NCBI GenBank assembly: GCA_012295275.1
Contig: CM022668.1
Span: 9,052,001-9,116,000 of the forward strand
Direction of reading: 5' to 3'
DNA length: 64,000 nucleotides
Source of the DNA: Chrysomallon squamiferum
Taxonomy: Eukaryota > Animalia > Mollusca
The position numbers were made by a program, and so were the translations under genes. How positions within the stretch are numbered: position 1 is the first letter of the stretch; every line of letters starts with the position of its first letter. A model generated the notes under the pieces. The model saw only the letters and a program-made list of their open reading frames with translations. It ran no database searches and had not been told where the DNA came from. Shown piece by piece: positions 57,286 to 64,000 of this stretch.

Positions 57286-58119
57286 CAGAGAGAGAGAAAG
57301 AGAAAAGAGAGAGACAATACATATAAGTTCACACATACACACATATGCACAAATACATTCATAAACATATACACAATCTAGACATACACTTTAATATAAT
57401 ACATTTGTACATTGATAAACATTCATACACACACATGTATATGTATGTGCACACACACACATATACACATGCACAAATACACATATATAATATATATATA
57501 CATATTTATGTAATACAGACATTTATTTGTATACTAATACACACACACACAAATATGTGCATACACATACACATTCACACATGCACAAATACACACATAA
57601 TATATATATACACATTTATGTAATAGTTACATTTATTTGTATACTGATAAACACACACATACACACACACACAAACATACACACACACACACACACAGAC
57701 ACACAATCTCATACACACAAAATAAAAATTACATTCTGTTCCCTTTATATTTTGCTAACTACATGAAATAACAGAAACACAGACAAAAACCTTGTTAACA
57801 CACAAGAGTCAGCTGAAGTTTATGCCTCACCCCCAGGGAAACGAGAGATTAAAACAAAATCTGACTTAAGATTAAAAAACTTCATGCATCAACAGGTGAA
57901 GATAATTCCAGGTGAAGATAATTCAAGGTGAACGAAGATAATTCAAGGTCAGGTGATCGCATTAAGAAATTACTACAGGTGAAGAATCTCAGGTGGGTTT
58001 CTGGGTAGGTTTAAAGTTCAAGTCCCCCTTCTGGCTCTAGTGCTGGCATCACTTTGACAGTGAGTGGCTAGGTTTAGGGTTCAATTCTTGTTACCGGTTA
58101 TTGAACACAACAGGGATCA

Positions 58120-58445
58120 ATGGATGGATGGATGGATCTAAGTATTCATGAAAGGATGTATAGATGGATGGATGGATCTAAGTATTCATGAATGGATGCA
58201 TAGATGGATGGATGGATCTAAGTATTCATGAAAGGATGTACAGATGAGTGGGTGGATCTAAGTATTCATGAATGAATGTATAGATGGATGGATGGATCTA
58301 AGTATTCATGAATGAATATATTGATGGGTGGATGGATCTAAGTATTCATGAATGGATATACAGATGTAAGGATGGATCTAAGTATTCTTGAATGTATAGA
58401 TGGATGGATGGATCTAAGTATTCATGAATGAATGCATAGATGAAT
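58120..58445. repeat. 40-bp tandem repeat (GATGGATGGATGGATCTAAGTATTCATGAATGAATGTATA), about 8 copies
   Basis: gatctaagtattcatgaa recurs every 40 bp. Confidence 0.93.
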
Positions 58446-59569
58446 GGATATGATGGATGGATGGATAGATAAACAGACAGAAGGATGTATAGATGAATGG
58501 ATGGATGCATAAATGAACAAACAGACTGATGGATGGAACAAAAAGAAAATTTGTTTTTTTCAATGAAGGTATACGTTTCTAAATCTGATTCTGAAATTTG
58601 CCAGAATTATTTGTGCATCTAAAACAAAATGAAAACCATCAAATCATTCAGTAACTCATCTCTTCTCTTTGCCATTCATTATAAACGTAAAAAAAATCTC
58701 TGGTTTCCAACGACAACTACAATACAGTCAGATCAGATCACTGGATAACAAAATTCAAGGTTTTTTCTAAAAAAAAAAAAGCAAGAAAATAACAAACTTT
58801 ATTCGCTGTGTGCCAGAAAAAAAAAAAAAAAAAAAAAATCATTAAAACTTTATTGAATTTCTTTCTTTTTTTTGAGGAAAATAAGAAAAATAAGGTAAAA
58901 AAAAACATGGGTGTGGTTTATGTACAGTTTGATGAAGATGGTTGTTTTGTTATGAGAATATTGACTCTGAATGTCATGGCTGCTGTATGCAATAAATAAT
59001 TAAAAAAATAATAATTAAATGTATATTATTATCTAGCAATGTAATTATGTTGATGTGTTGATAATAAAACTGCACAAGAAGTGAAAGGAGATGAGGAGAT
59101 ACACATACTGTCATACACACATGAAAAATAATAATAATAAAAATAATTAAAAAATGCTATTACCTTATTTACTATTTGGCTTCATTACTTTTATGACTTT
59201 TTTTTTTTTTTTTTTTTTTAATTTTAAGTACAATCAATATTTGCCCTTGAGCAAAATAAAAACCAATTACAAATTAGGATCTGAAAAAAAAAAAAAAAAA
59301 AAAATTAAAAAAAAATAAAGATTTTCATTGTTGTTATTTCTCATCATTTTTCATTTGTGTTTGTTTTTCATTACCAGGTACGTCATCTCTTTACCTTATT
59401 TGTAATCTACTCGTTAATAAATCAGACAGATTTTCAATCTCGTAATTCACCATTGTGTGTGAACAAACAGTGTTTACTAACCCTGTGACATACATTTGTG
59501 AATGCCACACTCAAGTCACATTATTTAACAGTTTTTATGGTAATAATAAGAATTTTTTTTTTTTTTTTT

Positions 59570-60770
59570 TTTGTTTTTGAGAAGAAACTTGATCATGGGA
59601 TATCTATCATTTTCTGAAACATTGTAAACTTCAACAACTGTCTGGACTGGGAAATAAGGTCACAATTTTAATGGTGGTAATGAGAAATATTTCTTTTGAA
59701 GAAACTTGATCCCTGGGTTATCAGTCATATCTGAAATGTCTTTAGCTTTGTTTGGAATGGGAAATAACTTCCAATATATTTTGAGCTCACACCCTAAGTA
59801 TTCTAACATTTTAATGGTAGTAATCAAAAAAAATATTTCTTTTCAGTGTTATGAAGAAACATGATCCTGAGATATTTACCATTTCTGGAATATTGTGAGC
59901 TTTGAGCACTGTTTGGATTGGGAAATAAGGTCAACAACACCCAAAGTATACTATTAAACAATTTTAATGGTAGTAATAATTAGAAATATTTCTTTTTAAG
60001 GAAACTTGATTCTAGGGTATCAGCCATATCTGAAACATCTCAAGTTTATTGTACAGTTTAAAGGAAGTAATCAGAAACATTTGTGTTTTATAAATGATTC
60101 AATTCCAAAAGCCATGGACTACTGTTTGGATTGGGAAAATAATGTCTAGTATATTTTACTAACAGTAATACTAAATGTGTGTATTTTTTTGAGTCTGCCA
60201 AATCATACCAGAGTTTGGAATGGGAAAATAATAATAATAATAATAATAAAATAATAATAATAATAAAATAATAAAATAATAATAATAATAATAATAACGT
60301 ATAGTAATGTATTTGTAAGCTCATAGTCAAAGAACATGATTTAATAGTTTTAGTCTTTGCAATGGAAAACAGACTGTGAAGAGCTTATTATGATACCTAT
60401 CATGTCTTAGATAAAAACTTATCTAGATCCCACTGTTCGGAATTGGAAAATAATGTATTGTAATATGTTTGTAAGCTTTAACAGATAATTTAATGGTTTC
60501 AGTGTTTGTTGTGGGGGGAATGGTGTTATGAAGATCTTGTTATGATACCTAGCATGTCTTAGATAAAAACATATCTAGAGTTCTGTTTGGAATGGGAAAA
60601 TGATGTATAGTAATAAATTATAGCTAATTTAATGGTTTCAGTGTTTGTTGTGTGGGGAATGGTGTTATGAAGATCTTGTTATGATACCTAGCATGTCTTA
60701 GATAAAAACTTAGCTAGAGTCCTCTGTTTGGAATGGGAAAATGATGTATAGTAATGTATTTTTGTAAGTT
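59570..60770. repeat. Degenerate long-period (about 120-180 bp) tandem repeat region
   Basis: gaaacttgat, tgtttgga.tgggaaa and ttaatggt recur. There are three copies of tatgatacct..catgtcttagataaaaac at about 60389, 60541 and 60680. Confidence 0.8.
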
Positions 60771-63700
60771 TGCAGTGCATGTACATTATTCGTTGGGGGA
60801 CAAAATAAAACTGTGCCTTACACAGAAAGTGAGGCAGATTACAGTGTTTGGATCAATGTACAAGATTTAATAGTTTCAGTGGATACATAAAGGAATAAGA
60901 CTTGAATCAGAGTTCACTGTCTGGAACTGGAAAAAAACGTATAATATTAATAAAAAAAAATGAAGAACGAAGATAAAAATCTCAGATATTTTACTTCATT
61001 ATCGAACTGCAATCTTTTCCAACTTGTATTAACACAACTTGAAAAAGATAAAAAAAAAAAATCTTTAAAAAAAGAAATTTTGTACAAGAAAAATTTCGTT
61101 ATCAATTTTCTTTTTCTTTTTTTTTTTTGGTTGGGGGAACAAAATCTTGAGCAATAGACTGGTAATGGGCTATTACCCAAGCTGCACATGACTGAACACC
61201 AAAAGGCTTAGCAAGATGAGAGAACCGGTTTACCGGCCTCCTCAAGCGGAACTCTTTCAGTTTTTTCTTGTCAGCTGATTTACAAGTCGCACATACTCTA
61301 CTCTCTGTCCTGAACCACTGAGCAGAAGACAGAACGTGAATGGGCAATTTCTTTTCTTCTTTCATTCTTTTCTTCTTCTTTTTTTTTATTATTATTATTA
61401 TTATTTACAAAGCTTGTGGGAAGAAAAAAAAAAAAAAAAAAAAAAAAAGACCCACCAAACAATTGTCCTCCTCGTGGTGGGGGGTATTTGTTGGAGGGGG
61501 AACGGGGTCGAGTTGGTTCGGACTTGTTTTTTTTTTTTTTTTTTTTTGCGATCTGCCATGTGACGATTAATTTCGAATTATTTCGGCCGTCGACTACGAA
61601 AAGTGCGAAAATGTTTGCTGGTTCGAGTTGTTTAGTGTGAAATGGGCCTAGCCTGCGAATTCGAGAGCTGAAATTCTGCATTTTTGTTTCAGGTTTGTGA
61701 GAAATGTCAAACAGGCTGTGTAAACAAGCGAATGAATGGATTCAGAGATAAAAGGTTAAATAATAAAAAAAAAAAAGAAAAAAAAGGCTCAAGGCTTTGT
61801 ATGTTTTGGCCTTTCATAAAAAAAATAACGTAGATAAAGTCGAAAACTGATCATTGTAAACAGGTTGTTGGGTAGCATATGTACACTGTTGTTGTTGTTG
61901 TTGATGATGATCGTGGTGGTAGTGGTAGTGGTAGTGATGACGGTATTACAGAGGTTATGGGTGTGCAATAATATTTAAGATGGTATCAAAAACAAAGCTT
62001 AAACTGAAAGTAATAAATATGTTATACACTAGTACAGGCATTGTAGATGTTGTTGTTGTAGTTGTTGGTGTTGCTGATGGTGGTGGTGGTAGTGATGGTG
62101 GTGGTGGTAGTGATGGTGGTGCTGGTAGTGATGGTGGTGCTGGTAGTGATGGTGGTGTTACAGAGGTAAAGAATGTAATAATATTTAAGAACAGCATTAA
62201 AAATAAAGCATAAGTAATAAATAAATTAAACATGAGTACATGTTGTTGATGTTGTTGATGCTGTTGATGCTGCTGCTGCTGCCGCTGTAGTAGTTGTTGT
62301 TGTTAGTCACGGTGGTGTAGTGGGTCTGAACACAAATTTAGCATACATGATGAAAAAAAAAAAATTAAAAAAATCAGAGAATCAACTTACACTGTTTAAA
62401 TTTTTGATGATGATGTCGACATTTTGCTTGCTTACTTTAGTTGTTTTTATTTCTCTGTTTTCTACAGATGCTCTCTCACATATACTCAGTGATGTTGTTT
62501 ACATGACTCAAAACTCACTGAGTTTTAATAATCGACAGATAAATGAGCAGGCTTTTGTTGAAATTAAAGGCCTCAGGAATGTGTGACCATTTACCACTAG
62601 AGGCACCTAAAGTAAGAATGTATGTTTTGATCTGTAAGATGCAGTCACATCTCAGTTTTGAAAAGAAATGTTTACTTGATACTAATTGTTGCCAAATAAC
62701 AGAGCTCTTTTTATTAAAAAGAATAAAAAATTTAGCATGAAATATTTTCAATTACAAAAATATTATTAACAAATTGCAGTAGCATTTAAAATGTTATATT
62801 CATTATGAACTAATAAAATGAATGAATAATTAAACAAATAAAAAAATGAATAAATAAATTAGTAAATAAATAAGTATAATAAATAAGTAAACAAAATAAA
62901 ATAATATAAAATAAAATAAAATAAAATAAAATAAAATAAAATAAAATAAAATAAAATAAAATAAAATAGAGTAAAATAAAAGCAAGCAAGCTGGAAAATG
63001 AATAAAATTTCTGTAAATAGTTTTACAGTGTCACACAATGAAAATAAATTTTCAAATGCTGCTACAGTTTGTCAATACTGTGTTGATTTTTGAAAATATT
63101 TCATAATAAAACTCTCCAGTAATGTTGTAAGTTAAATGTCAGCATCTACCATATAGTTTATCAATTTGTTTTCATTTACACAAAATTGCACACAGTGGTT
63201 AGCTGTAATGATTTTGTTTTTTATGATGCAAGACTGCAGTACAGAATTTAAAACAGATTCTGATTTTAGTGCAAAAAGTTAAGTTTGGGTTTTTACATTT
63301 TTTAAAATTTTGTTTTGTTTTATTTTATTTTTTGAATGGGGGTTAACTTCAGTATTTTGTGTTTTACTGATGTTAAATTAAATTGTTAAATTTAAATTGT
63401 TTTTATGCAACAGTAAAATGTTATCTGGAGGTTTTTAAAAATTTTATTTGTGTTAATATCATTGTCATTGTTGTTATTGTTGTTGTTATTATTATTGTTA
63501 TTATTATTGTTATTATCATTGTTATTATTATTGTTATTATTATTGTTATTATCATTGTTATTATTATTGTTGTTATTGCTATTGTTATTGTTATTATTAT
63601 TATCATTGTTGTCATCATTATTAACAATACTACTACTTCTGTTGTTGTTGTTGTTGTTGTAGCTGTTGCTGTTGCTGGTATTATAATCATTAACATTTAC

Positions 63701-64000
63701 CTAATTTTTCAAAAGAAAATGAAAAACAACAAAAAATCTTTAGCTATCCCTTCCCCTAATCTTAAACCACCCCACCGGTCCTTCCTACTTCCTACTTCCA
63801 ACCTAACCTTTACAAAACATAAAGTAATAACATTTTTTTATTATTATTTACTATTAAACAACACTGACAGTATGTCTTTTCTTAAAGAGTGAATGAAAAC
63901 TCACAACATAATTAATATCCAGTTTATTTTGTAGAAATTATTTTTTTCTTTTTTCTTTTTCTTTAATTCTCCATGATGAACATAAAAGAATTTTTTTTAT

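Noticed and set aside
62515-62751. KLF6/7 canonical first exon (contains WQQ on the minus strand)
   Set aside because: It lacks the ELQ..HDTGYFS..PSLE motif and has no donor directly after WQQ.

Overview
AT-rich, microsatellite-dense animal genomic DNA. It is probably a mollusc, inferred from remembered resemblance of degraded repeats to gastropod SINEs; this cannot be proved from the window. Nearly all ORFs in the supplied track are artefacts of simple repeats. Four real spliced genes can be rebuilt by hand. (1) The last two exons of a MAGUK p55-family gene (MPP2/MPP6-like, + strand, stop at 1159). (2) A complete five-coding-exon gene with no recognisable domain (+, 13722-19708, 246 aa), phase-consistent at every junction and flanked by RFX X-box-like motifs. 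(3) The kinetochore RZZ subunit Zwilch (-, 24258-21885), with only two exons and an apparent frameshift at about 22581. (4) A KLF6/7 (luna-like) Kruppel-like factor (-, exons 36976-36265 and 35587-35400), whose canonical first exon is not in the window, so the right-hand 27 kb is probably its first intron. The most notable points are the Zwilch frameshift, the orphan gene with a hairpin array in its 3' region, a minisatellite built from the KLF splice acceptor, a candidate alternative KLF first exon, and several homotypic motif clusters. I found no evidence of a CRISPR-like or otherwise new multi-gene system.
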